A model generated the notes under the pieces. The model saw nothing but the letters and a program-made list of their open reading frames with translations. It made no database searches and was not told where the DNA came from. Position numbers and translations under genes: made by a program. DNA of 63,044 nucleotides, the filler included, from Candidatus Fermentibacterota bacterium (GTDB taxonomy: Bacteria > JAFGKV01), in NCBI GenBank assembly GCA_016928395.1. It is 10 parts of 10 records of this genome, joined end to end, with 100 filler letters (N's around TTAATTAATTAA, not from the genome) between each part and the next. Parts side by side here need not be neighbours in the genome. Positions count along the whole stretch, not along the records: positions 22,310 to 38,261 come from JAFGKV010000005.1; positions 38,362 to 47,268 come from JAFGKV010000249.1; 8 more parts are not named here. The stretch is one strand, 5' to 3'. Of this stretch, positions 35,898 to 47,030 are shown one piece after another (position 1 is the stretch's first letter; each line of letters begins with the position of its first letter).

Positions 35898-38260
35898 ACG
35901 GTCTCCAAGGGATCAACGTCAACGATCATGCGGGTGCCAGGATGCTCGCCGGCCACTGCCAGGCCATCGCGCACCCAGGAGTGAAGGCTTTGCCGAGATT
36001 GGTGGAATACCAAGAGGTGCCGACGGTGCATGCCGCCGACCCGCGGCAGCAGCGGCGGTGCGGGGCCAAGGAATCGTCCGCCCGAGCCGCGCCGCGTGGC
36101 CCGGAGCCCGTGTGCGATAGCCTCTGCATGGGATTCCAGCGGTGGCAAGGTTCGGCATCGAACCTCTATTCGCACCATGTGTGAAAACGGTGGATAACCC
36201 GCCTCGCGTCGTTGCAGAAGTTCCTCCCTGGCAAACGCCTCAAAATCATGCCGGGCCGCGCAGAGAATGGCGGGGTAGTCTACGAGATAGCTTTGCACCA
36301 CGACCTCGCCTCCCGCGGCGCTGCGGCCGGCCCGGCCGGCGACCTGGGCCAGGAGCTGGAATGCCCGTTCGCCCGCTCGAAAATCCGGAAATTGCAGCGG
36401 GGTATCCGCATTGACAACCCCCACGAGAGTGACCCTGGGCAGGTCGAGGCCCTTGGCAATCATCTGGGTGCCCACCAGCACATGCACATCCTCCCGTTCC
36501 ATGGCATCGATGATGCGCACGTGGGCTCCACGGGAGCGGGTGGTGTCCCGGTCCATCCGCAGGATCCCAACATCAGGGAGGATCGCTCGCAGCTCGTCCT
36601 CGACCCGTTCCGTGCCCACGCTTCCATACCCCAGGCGATGGCCTCCACATCCGGGACATGTCTCAAAAGCCGGTTCCGCATAGTCACAGTAGTGGCATAG
36701 GTGCCGTCGGGATTGGCGATGGAAGGTCAGGGACACATCGCAATCGGGACACGCGGGGATGAAGCCGCAGTCGGCGCATTGCACGGACCGGGCATATCCC
36801 CTCCGGTTCAGAAGAATGAGGGCCTGGTCTCCCCGGCCTACCGTCTCGTGCAACTTGCTGCGCAGAAGGGCAGAAAAGATGAGCGGACCTTCAGTTCTGG
36901 GTTCGACGCGCATATCCACTATGGATACGGCAGGCATAGCCCATCGCTCGACCCTCTCGGGCAGATCGAGCCGCGTGTACTTGCCCGACAGGCAGTGATG
37001 GTAGGTCTCCAGGCTCGGCGTGGCCGACCCCAGCACTACGGTACACCCTGCCCGGTGTGCCCGCATGATGGCCACATCCCTCCCGTGATACCGCGGGTCT
37101 CGCCCTTGCTTGTAGCTGGGATCGTGCTCCTCATCCACGATGACCAGGCCCAAGTTCGTCACCGGCGCGAAGATGGCGGATCGAGGCCCGATCACCAAGG
37201 TACCCGGGGCCGTCGCCCGCGCCCACGCATCATGGCGTTCGCCCGGGCTCAATCGCGAATGAACCAGCACTACGCGCCCGCCGAATCGACCCTTGAACCG
37301 GGCCACCATCTGGGCTGTCAGGGCAATCTCGGGCACCAGACACACGGCTGAGAGACCTCTCTCCAACGCCACTGACGAAGCCGCCAGGTACACCTCCGTC
37401 TTTCCGCTGCCGGTGACTCCATGGAGGAGGAAGGCCTGGAAACTGCGACTGAGCACCGCCGTGGCCAAGACGCCGACTGCGCGCTCCTGGGCCGGTGTGA
37501 GCGAGAGAGGAGACGTGGCGCCATCCCGCAGGGATGGCGAGGCGTCCACAATGCGATCGAGGCGAACATGCCCACTCCGCTTTAGGGTAGTGAGAGCGGC
37601 TCGGCTAGCTCGGGCTTCGGTCAGGAGCTGTGAGACAACACTCCTTCCTCCCGCCGCTTGAAGCGCCTCCAGAATCCTTGCCCCGGACTGCGAAACTTTG
37701 GTCTCGGGCCGATCGGCGACGAGCTCTGCGAACATGGTAGTACGCCCGGAGGGTTCGCGGCTCACCTCGACTCCCCATGCGACCAGGTTGTGATCCAGGA
37801 GCCATCCCGCGCAGCGGTGGACTTCTGCCGATGATCCCAGCACCCGCTCCAGAGTTCGTCGCGGCACCGCACCCTTCATCAGCAGAGCGACCACGGGCCT
37901 GACATACCCGGGGATGTCCGCGATCGGGTGAGTGGCCAGACGCGGCAACGGCTCCAGCGTGCCCGCCAAGGACGGCCTGAATCCCCCCGGCAGCATGGAA
38001 TGCAGTGCGATCCCCGGAGGGCACATGTAGTAGGACGACATCCACATCCCCAAATCCCACAGATCGGTCGGCAGTGCCGGGGCTGCGTCCAGGAACTCGC
38101 GGGCAGCCGCGAGGTCCTCCTGGGAGTCTCCATGGCGTACTCCGCAGCACAAACCCACCTTCCACCCCCGTCTAACAGGAACCACGACGCGACACCCCTG
38201 GGGGTACTCGGGAGGATCGGAATCAAGACGGTAGCTGTAGGGCTTCCACGCAGGGATGGC
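35894..38260 (-). CDS. priA: Primosomal protein N' (PriA helicase), 5' truncated
   Basis: GVTGSGKTEVY, VPEIALT, DEEHD, SATPS, four CxxC motifs, QVAGRAGR, DVDP. Confidence 0.96.
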   Translation of the reverse strand, partial: AIPAWKPYSYRLDSDPPEYPQGCRVVVPVRRGWKVGLCCGVRHGDSQEDLAAAREFLDAAPALPTDLWDLGMWMSSYYMCPPGIALHSMLPGGFRPSLAGTLEPLPRLATHPIADIPGYVRPVVALLMKGAVPRRTLERVLGSSAEVHRCAGWLLDHNLVAWGVEVSREPSGRTTMFAELVADRPETKVSQSGARILEALQAAGGRSVVSQLLTEARASRAALTTLKRSGHVRLDRIVDASPSLRDGATSPLSLTPAQERAVGVLATAVLSRSFQAFLLHGVTGSGKTEVYLAASSVALERGLSAVCLVPEIALTAQMVARFKGRFGGRVVLVHSRLSPGERHDAWARATAPGTLVIGPRSAIFAPVTNLGLVIVDEEHDPSYKQGRDPRYHGRDVAIMRAHRAGCTVVLGSATPSLETYHHCLSGKYTRLDLPERVERWAMPAVSIVDMRVEPRTEGPLIFSALLRSKLHETVGRGDQALILLNRRGYARSVQCADCGFIPACPDCDVSLTFHRQSRRHLCHYCDYAEPAFETCPGCGGHRLGYGSVGTERVEDELRAILPDVGILRMDRDTTRSRGAHVRIIDAMEREDVHVLVGTQMIAKGLDLPRVTLVGVVNADTPLQFPDFRAGERAFQLLAQVAGRAGRSAAGGEVVVQSYLVDYPAILCAARHDFEAFAREELLQRREAGYPPFSHMVRIEVRCRTLPPLESHAEAIAHGLRATRRGSGGRFLGPAPPLLPRVGGMHRRHLLVFHQSRQSLHSWVRDGLAVAGEHPGTRMIVDVDPLETV

Positions 38261-38469
38261 CNNNNNNNNNNNNNNNNNNNNNNNNNNNNNNNNNNNNNNN
38301 NNNNNTTAATTAATTAANNNNNNNNNNNNNNNNNNNNNNNNNNNNNNNNNNNNNNNNNNNNCCGGCTGTACTCTCAACCCTGAGAATTCTGAGGGAGCCC
38401 GGCGTCCTCAGAGGCCGCACTGAACCCTGAACCCCGAACCCTGAACCCTCAGGGGTTGCTATGGGGCGA

Positions 38470-41400
38470 TCACGCCGCATCGGGAGAAGGCGTCTCGGAT
38501 GCTGGCGTGCCATCGTAGCGGTCATCCCTGCGGCGATGAATGGCCTCGTACAACACGGGAACCAAGAAAAGCGTCAGGGCAGTGGCGAGAGTCAATCCAC
38601 CGATGATGGTGAGGGCCAAGGGACGCTGGATCTGCTCGCCGGAGCCTATGCCGATGGCCATGGGCACCATGGCCAGCACGGTGGTCACAGTAGTCATAAC
38701 AATGGGGCGCAACCGCAGCCGGCTGGCCTCCAGTATCGCGGCCCGGCCGGCATATCCGACCTGCCGCAACCGCCGTATAGTCGCCACTTTGACGATGGCG
38801 TCATTGACTGCGATTCCCAGCAATGCGATAAATCCGATGAGCGAGATTACATTGAGCGATTGCCCGGTGATCCGCAAGGTGAGCACGCCGCCCATGAGGC
38901 CCACCGGCAAGACGGCCGCCATGATGAGAGGATCGAGAAACGACTCGAACTGGGCAGCCAGAATCATGTACACCAGCACCGCCGATAGCAGAAGAGCCCA
39001 CCCGAGGTCACGGAATGAGCCACGGATCTCCTCTTGCTCTCCCCCGGTGATGAAGGCCGCCCCGGGGGGGAGCGACACCTCCGATAGCAGAGGCTTCACC
39101 GCCCTCCATACAGCGGCCGAGGAGCGACCCTGCACATTGCCGTGAATCGTCACCTGACGACGCTGGTTGTGGCGGACGACCTCCCGCACAGGGCGTGTCT
39201 CCTTGACGGTCACGAAGGACCCCAGGGGCACACCGACATCTCCCCTCAGGCGGATGGATGAGGCCAAGACTGCATCGAGGCTGCGCCTCTCCTGTTCCGG
39301 GAGTCGCACGGCAATGTCAACCCGCTGCTCCACCTCATTAAAGGTCGAAGCAACGGTCCCCTGAATCCTCGCCCGGAGTTCTCTCGCCAATGCGGCCGGT
39401 TCAAGACCGTGGCGGAGAGCCGACTCACGATCCACGGTGACTTCGAGGGTGGGTGAGCCGAGCACGCGGTCAGTCTCGATGTCTGTGAGCCCCTTCACTT
39501 CCCTCAGGCGCTGTGTCAGGTCAATCGCCACCGCGGCCGCATCCTCGGGCCGCTCCGCCACCACGCCCAGGGCAAAAGGCGCCCCCGAACCCGCGAGGAT
39601 CTCCCGGAGGCCGATGCCCTCATCGCGGAAAGAAGACGACACGCCGGGAACCTCAGCCAGCAGGGCGGCAATGTTCGCCCTCACTGTCTCGGAACGCCGC
39701 CTGCTGTCCCGCGCGGGATGCAACAGAACACGAATGCGTGCGGTGGTCGCGGCGGTGTACTCCTTCAATGCGGCGACAGTCCGTTCAGTCTGCCCGACCT
39801 GGGCATAGACGGTCGCAACCTCGTTCAGGGCACCGATCGCACGGCACAGTTCCCTGCTCACGGCCGCGGTCTCCTCCAAAGGCGCTCCCGAGGGCATCTC
39901 CAACGCCAAGGTGAAGTCCCCCTGATTCCGTTCGGGTAGAAACGATGTCCGCAGTCCCAACCCGACGGCGATGGATGCGAGGGCCATGACGGCCAACACT
40001 GCAATGAAACGCCCCTTGCGGTCCAGAGTGCGCTCCAGTAACCGGTGATACCGGTCGGCGATGGTCTCGAATAGTCTCTCCGCCCCGGAAAAGATCCCCC
40101 GCGGATGGGAGGCGGCCGAGCTCAGAAACCTCGCCGCCAGCATCGGCTGCAGGAGCAGGGCACTGGCAATGGACACCAGCAAGGCGAAGCTGACCGTCAG
40201 GGCCTGGTCACGAAAGAACTCGCCGGCGATCCCCGGGACATAGATGACCGGGAAGAACACAGCCACGGTGGTCAAGGTCGCGGCCACCACTGGCGAAGCT
40301 ACCTCGGACGCACCGCGCACCGCCGCTGCCCGTGACTCGCCAGGTTCTTCCCGGCGTGCCCGCAGGAATCTGGTGATGTTCTCCAGCACCACGATGGAGT
40401 TGTCTACCAGCATGCCGGCGGCCAAGGAAAGGCCGCCCAGTGACATCAGGTTGAGATTGACCTTGGCAAAGTACAAAAAGGCGAAGGTGGTAAACACCGA
40501 CACTGGAATGGCTACCCCCACGACCAACGGGCTCCGGAGATCGCGGAGAAAAAAGAACAGCACCGCAAAGGCCAGGAGTGCACCGTAGGCCAGTGAATCC
40601 CTCAGGCCTCGGAACGACTCCTTTACAAAGCTGTCGTCGCGATAGACGAAGACAGAGGAGAACCCCGGATACTGCTCTGAGAGGATCGCGAGGATACGGT
40701 CGACTTCCTTGGTGACCGTCACGGTATTGGCGCCCACCTCTTTGTAGAGATGGAGCGACACGACTTCATTCTCGCCCAGCAGGGTCAGCCCTTCCGGTTC
40801 CCTGAGGGTGTCTGCCACCGCGGCAACATCGCCGATGGTCATACCGCCGCGGCCTGGGATCTCGGTCAGTCGGATATCATCGAGGTTTTCGAACTCGCCG
40901 TGAATCCTCAGGGGCAGATGCAGCGCCCCCCTGCGGATACGTCCTCCGGGAAAGCTGACATTGGCGATCTGAATCGCTGCGCGGAGTTCTTCCATGCTGA
41001 GACCAAAGAGACGCAACTTCCCAAGATCGGGGCGAACGACGATCTCCCTGTCCACTCCGCCGATGACTTCAGCCTGGCTCACTCCCTGGATCTGCTCCAA
41101 GGCGGGCTTGGCCACGTCTCTGGCGAAGTCCGTAGTCTCGGAGAGAGGTTGACCCCCGCCCAGGGCCAGAATCGCCACGGGCCTGGCACCGGGATCCCAG
41201 CGCAGGATGAGAGGCCTGTCCGCGCCCTCGGGGAAGTCGTCCCGGAATGCGACCCGGTCCAAAGCTTCCCGGAGATGGAGATTGGCGAAGTTCATCTCCC
41301 TGCCCCACTCGTACTCGACCGTGATGGTTGAGACTCCCTCGCGGGTACGCGATGTCACCCGGCGCACACCGGCCAACCCCGTGATTACTTCTTCCAGCGG

Positions 41401-41592
41401 CTGGGTCACGAGTCTGGCCACGTCTTCCGGCGGTGTATCCGGATAGGTGGTGATCACCGTGAGATTGGGATAGTTGATGGCCGGGAGCAGATCCACCGGC
41501 AGGCGCTGGAGCGCAAGCACTCCCATGAGGACCAAACCGGCGAAGACCATGATGATGGTCACCGGCCGGTCCACGGCCGCCTGGATGATCAT
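38470..41592 (-). CDS. RND efflux permease (AcrB/MdtC family)
   Basis: GMLVDNSIVVLENI, ATLTTVAVFFP, AQFESF, RLRPIVMTT. Confidence 0.95.
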   Translation of the reverse strand: MIIQAAVDRPVTIIMVFAGLVLMGVLALQRLPVDLLPAINYPNLTVITTYPDTPPEDVARLVTQPLEEVITGLAGVRRVTSRTREGVSTITVEYEWGREMNFANLHLREALDRVAFRDDFPEGADRPLILRWDPGARPVAILALGGGQPLSETTDFARDVAKPALEQIQGVSQAEVIGGVDREIVVRPDLGKLRLFGLSMEELRAAIQIANVSFPGGRIRRGALHLPLRIHGEFENLDDIRLTEIPGRGGMTIGDVAAVADTLREPEGLTLLGENEVVSLHLYKEVGANTVTVTKEVDRILAILSEQYPGFSSVFVYRDDSFVKESFRGLRDSLAYGALLAFAVLFFFLRDLRSPLVVGVAIPVSVFTTFAFLYFAKVNLNLMSLGGLSLAAGMLVDNSIVVLENITRFLRARREEPGESRAAAVRGASEVASPVVAATLTTVAVFFPVIYVPGIAGEFFRDQALTVSFALLVSIASALLLQPMLAARFLSSAASHPRGIFSGAERLFETIADRYHRLLERTLDRKGRFIAVLAVMALASIAVGLGLRTSFLPERNQGDFTLALEMPSGAPLEETAAVSRELCRAIGALNEVATVYAQVGQTERTVAALKEYTAATTARIRVLLHPARDSRRRSETVRANIAALLAEVPGVSSSFRDEGIGLREILAGSGAPFALGVVAERPEDAAAVAIDLTQRLREVKGLTDIETDRVLGSPTLEVTVDRESALRHGLEPAALARELRARIQGTVASTFNEVEQRVDIAVRLPEQERRSLDAVLASSIRLRGDVGVPLGSFVTVKETRPVREVVRHNQRRQVTIHGNVQGRSSAAVWRAVKPLLSEVSLPPGAAFITGGEQEEIRGSFRDLGWALLLSAVLVYMILAAQFESFLDPLIMAAVLPVGLMGGVLTLRITGQSLNVISLIGFIALLGIAVNDAIVKVATIRRLRQVGYAGRAAILEASRLRLRPIVMTTVTTVLAMVPMAIGIGSGEQIQRPLALTIIGGLTLATALTLFLVPVLYEAIHRRRDDRYDGTPASETPSPDAA

Positions 41593-42911
41593 GGCGTCGT
41601 TCCGTGGGCCGAATGCGTGATCCAGCGGTCCTGGATGTCTCTGGTCGTGCGAACCTGTATCCGCGCCTCATGGGCAAGGGTCAGATGATCGCTGATTACC
41701 ACGCGATCGCCTGGAGCGAGTGACCCTCCGCTGGAGACCGAAGTGATCTCTACCCACTGGTCATTGCGTTGCCCGGTCTCCACGTACAGCCACTGGGCCC
41801 GATCTCCGTTCACCTTGAAGACGAGAGGCCTCTCGCTGCGGGTGAGAACGGCCTCCGTGGAAACCAGGAGCCTGTCCGGGTAGATGAAGCCCGCAATCTG
41901 AGCCCGGGCGAACATGCCCGACCGCAGTCTCATGCGAGGGTTGGCAAACCGCATTATGACCTGACAAGTTCGGCTTGCTTCGTCGAGAATGGGGCTGATC
42001 ACGCTGACAAACGCTGCGACGGTGTCCCCGGTAGCCGGTATGACCACAAGAGCGGGGCGCCCTTCCTCCAGGTCGCCAAGATCGGTCTCCAGCACGTTCA
42101 CGGCGGCCTCAACCTGTTCATTGTTCACCAAGCGGCAGATAACCGACCCCGCGCTCACTGTGGCGCCGGCCACCACGGCGACTCCGTGAACCGTGCCCGC
42201 GAAGGGAGCCGTGATGCGGCTGTGCTCCAGGCTGAGCCGTGCCCTCTCTTCGGTAATGCGCGCATCGGCAAGGCCGGTTCGCTGGGCGAACAGGTCACCC
42301 CGATAGGCGCCGGCCTTCAGAGCCTGCATCTCAAGCTCCACCGTGCGTTGACGTACGTGCTCTTTGGTCTTTGTGCCCCGCCGCTGCAGATCCTCCAGTT
42401 CTTGACGCTGGCGCCGAAACTCCTCGACGACATCGTCGCTTGCGCCAGAGGAGTCAGCATCCGCCACAGCCTGGGCCAAGGCCGCGAGATAGCGGTGCCG
42501 GCTCTCCTCCACGGCCAGCATGAACTCTCGCTGATCAAGAAGCGCGATGACCTGCCCCTTCTGCACCCGGTCGCCGTCGCGGACATTCACCGAGACGAGG
42601 TCTCCTCCAACCTTGGTCCTGATCTCCACGGATTGCGGCGTACGAATAGCGCCGTCGGCATGGATGGGCGTGACCAAGTTCCCCTTCCATACCATCGCGG
42701 CCTCCACCGAAATGGCCTTCTCCTTCGACCCCGCGGCGGCTTCGCCCGAGTCAACCTCGGCTGTTCCCGCCGCCGTGCTGTCGGCTCCGGCCGAATCAGA
42801 CCCGGTCCGCGCGCCGCATCCTCCCAGGAGGAGTACCCCGATCAGCACGGCTGCCAGGAGCGAAATCGCTGCTCCCGCGCCTATCTGTCGCATTGTGACA
42901 CCATCTGTCAT
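41589..42911 (-). CDS. RND periplasmic adaptor (MFP) lipoprotein
   Basis: Lipobox LGGC; VRDGDRVQKGQ, ITAPFAG, LRSGMFA. Confidence 0.92.
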   Translation of the reverse strand: MTDGVTMRQIGAGAAISLLAAVLIGVLLLGGCGARTGSDSAGADSTAAGTAEVDSGEAAAGSKEKAISVEAAMVWKGNLVTPIHADGAIRTPQSVEIRTKVGGDLVSVNVRDGDRVQKGQVIALLDQREFMLAVEESRHRYLAALAQAVADADSSGASDDVVEEFRRQRQELEDLQRRGTKTKEHVRQRTVELEMQALKAGAYRGDLFAQRTGLADARITEERARLSLEHSRITAPFAGTVHGVAVVAGATVSAGSVICRLVNNEQVEAAVNVLETDLGDLEEGRPALVVIPATGDTVAAFVSVISPILDEASRTCQVIMRFANPRMRLRSGMFARAQIAGFIYPDRLLVSTEAVLTRSERPLVFKVNGDRAQWLYVETGQRNDQWVEITSVSSGGSLAPGDRVVISDHLTLAHEARIQVRTTRDIQDRWITHSAHGTTP

Positions 42912-43032
42912 GCCCGACCTCGTTTCCGTTCTGCCTCGTGGGTATCGCGAACTAACCCGGTTCCCCCGTCAACCGTGCCTCACAGCCTGACCCTGCTCTC
43001 GCCCATACTTCCAGCGCGTTGCTGCTCCTCCC

Positions 43033-43120
43033 TCCAACCGTCCAACCATCCAACCGTCCAACCGTCCAACCGTCCATCCATCCACCCGTCCATCCATCCA
43101 ACCATCCGTCGTTCCAACAT
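43033..43120. repeat. Octamer-period tandem repeat (CCAACCRT/CCATCCAT)
   Basis: About 10 imperfect units in the intergenic DNA. Confidence 0.85.
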
Positions 43121-43275
43121 TCCAGGACCCCGCACTCCATGGCTGACTCGTCGACTACGATTACCGCAACGACAACGATAGCGATACCGAGTGCGCCCGC
43201 ACCATCAGAGGCCCGACTGAACCCCGAACCCTGAACCCTGCACCCTGCGAGCAAAGCGAAGCATCCCTCCTTCCC

Positions 43276-44535
43276 CTATTCCCCCAGTTCGTAGCAAATG
43301 ACCTCCATGAGAGAGCCTTCCCCTCCCTCGGGGGCGACACCATACTGCTCAAGGAAGGCGTCCAATGCTCCCTTGACGACCACGACCCGGCCGCCGTCTA
43401 GGAAGAACGCGGCATCCCGCCGAGCGTCACCAGGGATCATGAGAGCCTTCTGGGAGACAAAATTCCCCTGACGGTCAAACACATCCACCAGCATCATGGC
43501 GCCCTGAGGCGGGTGGGCATCACCCCTGCTGGTGCCCACCCAGATCTCCCCTTCGGAGGTAACATGGATCAAGGTGATGTCCTGCTCGGTGTCTAGAATG
43601 ACCGTGTCCCGAGGGCGCGCGGGGTAGTTGGCGGCGATGGCGTCGAGGGTCTGTCGCGCCCGTACGCGCTCCGGATCACCTCGCTTCAGGCTTTCGTAGG
43701 GCCGCTGGATGATCCTCTCCAGCGTGCCGTCGGGGCGGAACACATGGATGGCGTAGCGATTCCGCTCCGGGGCGACATACATCGCGCCATCAGGACCCAA
43801 AGCGAAGCGTCCGTAGACAAAATCCTGTTCGCGTTCGCTCATGACGAAGTCGGCATAGCTCACAGTGGATTCCTTGGAGAGATAGCGGTGCTGCTCTACG
43901 CCCCGGTCATCGCAGCGGGAGAGGAAATGGGTCTGGTGCTGCGTCCCGTCGGGAGAGAAGGTCATGCGCATTCCGAGCAAGGCCAGCACATCCCCTCGAG
44001 CCGTGCCCTGTATCAAGACTGCGAACCGGCCCTGGGTAGGATCGCCTTGGGAGAAGTCCATGGTGCCGGCGGGGGTCCCGTCGCGGTTGACCTTGATCAC
44101 CTTGCCGGGAAAAATCTGAATGAGCCCGAGGGCGCTGTCGGCGCAGAAGAACATGTCATTGGGCCGCCGCGACTCGCCGGGGCCGTCGCCTTCCCGGCTC
44201 AGGGCTCGCAGATAGTCGCCCTGAGGCGAGTAGACATGCACCTGGGAGAGCCGGGAATCCAGCAAGTAGACGGTGCCCTCGGCGTCCGTCAGTACACGGC
44301 CGATGCTGCCGAACAGCACCTCGTCATCCTCGCCGCCCGCCCGCCAGAGTTCCTTGACGGTGACGGTCTGCACTCCCCCGGGGGGGGAGGCCGAATTGCG
44401 AACATGGGTGACGCCATCAACCACGGCGATTTCTCCCGCGGTGGCGAGAGCACTCAGTATCGCGGGGAGCAAACACAACAGGCCGGGTAACCGAATGGAT
44501 GAAGTAGTCTGCGAGAGCTTGTGATTGCTGGTCAT
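43276..44535 (-). CDS. 6-bladed beta-propeller exported protein
   Basis: ELWRAGGEDD, VYLLD, REGDGPGE, MEVICY; paralog of 44622-45866. Confidence 0.8.
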   Translation of the reverse strand: MTSNHKLSQTTSSIRLPGLLCLLPAILSALATAGEIAVVDGVTHVRNSASPPGGVQTVTVKELWRAGGEDDEVLFGSIGRVLTDAEGTVYLLDSRLSQVHVYSPQGDYLRALSREGDGPGESRRPNDMFFCADSALGLIQIFPGKVIKVNRDGTPAGTMDFSQGDPTQGRFAVLIQGTARGDVLALLGMRMTFSPDGTQHQTHFLSRCDDRGVEQHRYLSKESTVSYADFVMSEREQDFVYGRFALGPDGAMYVAPERNRYAIHVFRPDGTLERIIQRPYESLKRGDPERVRARQTLDAIAANYPARPRDTVILDTEQDITLIHVTSEGEIWVGTSRGDAHPPQGAMMLVDVFDRQGNFVSQKALMIPGDARRDAAFFLDGGRVVVVKGALDAFLEQYGVAPEGGEGSLMEVICYELGE

Positions 44536-44621
44536 GAGTATGCTCCTTCCTCGTTTCTATGGGCGCCGCACCCAGGAGGGGGTCGCCGCCTCAGGTTCTC
44601 AGTTCAGCGGTATGTGGCCTC

Positions 44622-45866
44622 TTATTGGACCTTGGCTTTGTAGCAGATGACTTCCATGGGTTCGGGTTCTTCGCCGGCCTCGTCGGCTCCTCCCCCACCC
44701 TGCAGGGCCATGGCGGCCTCCAGGAAACCCTTGATGCATATCATCCGGCCATTGCGGCCAAAGATCACGCCATCCTTCTCGCCATTGCCCGGGCACTTGA
44801 CCTGAACCTGCTTCACAAACACCCCGGCCGGGTCGAACACATCGAAGGTCGTGATGATGCCCGTGGGCTGGTTGCGGTTGCCCTGGCTTGTCTGCACCCA
44901 GAGTGTGCCGTCATCGGCGATATGAAGCCGCCCGATGTCCGGTTCGGTGTCGCAGAGCTGCATATCCACGGGCACTGGAATCTGCTTCTTCTGCGAATCA
45001 GCAATGGCATTGATCCGGGCCATATCGGCTTCGGTTCGATTGAGGCTCGTATACGCCCGCTCAATCACCCGCTCCAGTGTACCCTCGGGTGCATATACCT
45101 CGATGGCATAACGGTTGCGGTGGGGCGCGGCGTAGATGCGCCCGTCGGGCCCCATGGTCCACCGCCGGAAGTGCACGAAATGCTGCTCTTCCTCGGTGAT
45201 CTTCAAGTTCTTGAAATCCCACTGCACGGCCTTCTCCAGGTACTTGACCTTCTCAGTGCCGCCCATGTCGAAACTGCTGAGGAAGTTGGTCCTGGTCTGG
45301 GTTCCCTGGGCCTGGTCCATGGAGATTCTCGTGCCGGAGAGTACAAGATTGCCCCCTCGCTGCAGGGCATCGATAAGCAGCACGAATCCGCCCTGGGCAG
45401 GATCGTTGCCGCCCACGGAGATGCTGCCCGTGGGCGTCCCATCGGGCCGGATCTTTACAATCTTGCCAGGGAAGGCCTGCACCAGGCCGATACTGGTATC
45501 AGGGAGGAAGAGCATATCCACGGGGCTATTGGTCTCGCCTGGCCCTTCACCCTGGCGACTCAGGGTTTGAAGATGCTCCCCGTCGGCCGAGAATACCTCG
45601 ACCTGCGACAGCTGCGTGTCCAGCAGATACACACTGTTCGCCTCGTCCACCAAGACCTGGGTGATGAGCCCGAACACCACATCCTCATCCTCGCCTCCGG
45701 CGCGCCACAGCTCCTCCAGCTCAAGAACCTCGGTACCCGCGGCAGGTGACGCTGGGTTCTTGACGTGGGGTACTCCGTCGACCACTACCTGATTGGCCGC
45801 GGATACGGGACCGAATACGAGGGCAAGAAGCAGGATGGATGTCAACACGATCTTCGACACGATCAT
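44622..45866 (-). CDS. 6-bladed beta-propeller exported protein
   Basis: ELWRAGGEDED, RQGEGPGE, MEVICY; GGAGG RBS before ATG 45866. Confidence 0.8.
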   Translation of the reverse strand: MIVSKIVLTSILLLALVFGPVSAANQVVVDGVPHVKNPASPAAGTEVLELEELWRAGGEDEDVVFGLITQVLVDEANSVYLLDTQLSQVEVFSADGEHLQTLSRQGEGPGETNSPVDMLFLPDTSIGLVQAFPGKIVKIRPDGTPTGSISVGGNDPAQGGFVLLIDALQRGGNLVLSGTRISMDQAQGTQTRTNFLSSFDMGGTEKVKYLEKAVQWDFKNLKITEEEQHFVHFRRWTMGPDGRIYAAPHRNRYAIEVYAPEGTLERVIERAYTSLNRTEADMARINAIADSQKKQIPVPVDMQLCDTEPDIGRLHIADDGTLWVQTSQGNRNQPTGIITTFDVFDPAGVFVKQVQVKCPGNGEKDGVIFGRNGRMICIKGFLEAAMALQGGGGADEAGEEPEPMEVICYKAKVQ

Positions 45867-46154
45867 AGCCTCCATTGAGGGTGACGATACGGTGGCAACC
45901 CTTGCCAACCAACCCAGCTCGCCGCAGATAGCGGGCCCACATGAGAGAGAGACACAGAGCAGACCTGGGTTGTCAATCCTTACTACCGTCCAACCCTCCC
46001 CGCTATTCACCGGCCGCGTCCGCTGCCTGGGCATCATGAAGACCGCCGTTTTTGGACTTCGGCTGTCGGTAATCTTGACGAAAGCGGACAACCGCGGCAT
46101 TCATTCCATGGATAGTACCACTATTCTACTATTAGAATAGCTGAAAGGACTGCC

Positions 46155-47030
46155 ATGCCGGGCCAACGACAGACCAACTGCCTGTTCGTGAGCGACCTTC
46201 ACGGATCCGGACACCGCTATGGAATGCTCTTTGCCGCCATATCGGAACGTCGCCCCGACGTGGTGTTTCTCGGTGGAGATCTTCTGCCGTCCGGCATGCT
46301 TCAATTCGCCTCCGGCACCGTCCACGATGATTTCATCAATGAGTTCCTGGCCGGCGAGCTCGACCGGCTCAGGAAGGCCATAGGTCTGGCGTATCCACGC
46401 ATCTTCGCAATCCTGGGCAATGACGATGCTCGGTTCGAGGAGCCGGCGATGCTGGATGTCGCGGCCAGAGGCTTGTGGCACTATGCGCACAACCGGAGGT
46501 TCCAGGTTCGTCACTATGAGATTCATGGCTACAGCTTCGTGCCTCCCACGCCCTTTCTTCTAAAAGACTGGGAACGCTACGACGTTTCGAGGTACGTGGA
46601 TCCTGGGGCCGTCCCTCCTGAAGAAGGATTCAGGACCGTGCCCATGTCGGAGTCGGAGATCACGTTCACGACCATTCAGGATGATCTGGCACGCCTCGCG
46701 GGAGATCGCGATCTTTCCCACTCCGTATTCCTGTTTCACGCGCCACCCTACAAGAGCACACTGGATCGAGCCGCTTTGGACGGCAAGATGGTGGACCACG
46801 TGCCGCTGGATGTCCATGTCGGGAGTATCGCCGTCGCCCGGTTTATCCAGGAACGGCAACCTTTGGTGACGCTCCACGGGCACATCCACGAGTCGGCCCG
46901 GATCACCGGCGCATGGCGAGATCTCATCGGCCGAACGCACATGTTCAATGCCGCTCATGATGGCCCAGAATTGGCACTGATCAGCTTCACCCTGGAGGAC
47001 CCCGGTTCGGCCACGCGCGAACTACTGTGA
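46155..47030 (+). CDS. Metallophosphoesterase (calcineurin-like)
   Basis: SDLHG, GGDL, GNDD, HAPP, LHGHIHE. Confidence 0.9.
   Translation: MPGQRQTNCLFVSDLHGSGHRYGMLFAAISERRPDVVFLGGDLLPSGMLQFASGTVHDDFINEFLAGELDRLRKAIGLAYPRIFAILGNDDARFEEPAMLDVAARGLWHYAHNRRFQVRHYEIHGYSFVPPTPFLLKDWERYDVSRYVDPGAVPPEEGFRTVPMSESEITFTTIQDDLARLAGDRDLSHSVFLFHAPPYKSTLDRAALDGKMVDHVPLDVHVGSIAVARFIQERQPLVTLHGHIHESARITGAWRDLIGRTHMFNAAHDGPELALISFTLEDPGSATRELL

Noticed and set aside
43033-43120. CRISPR array
   Set aside because: An 8-nt period with no unique spacers, and no cas genes anywhere in the window.
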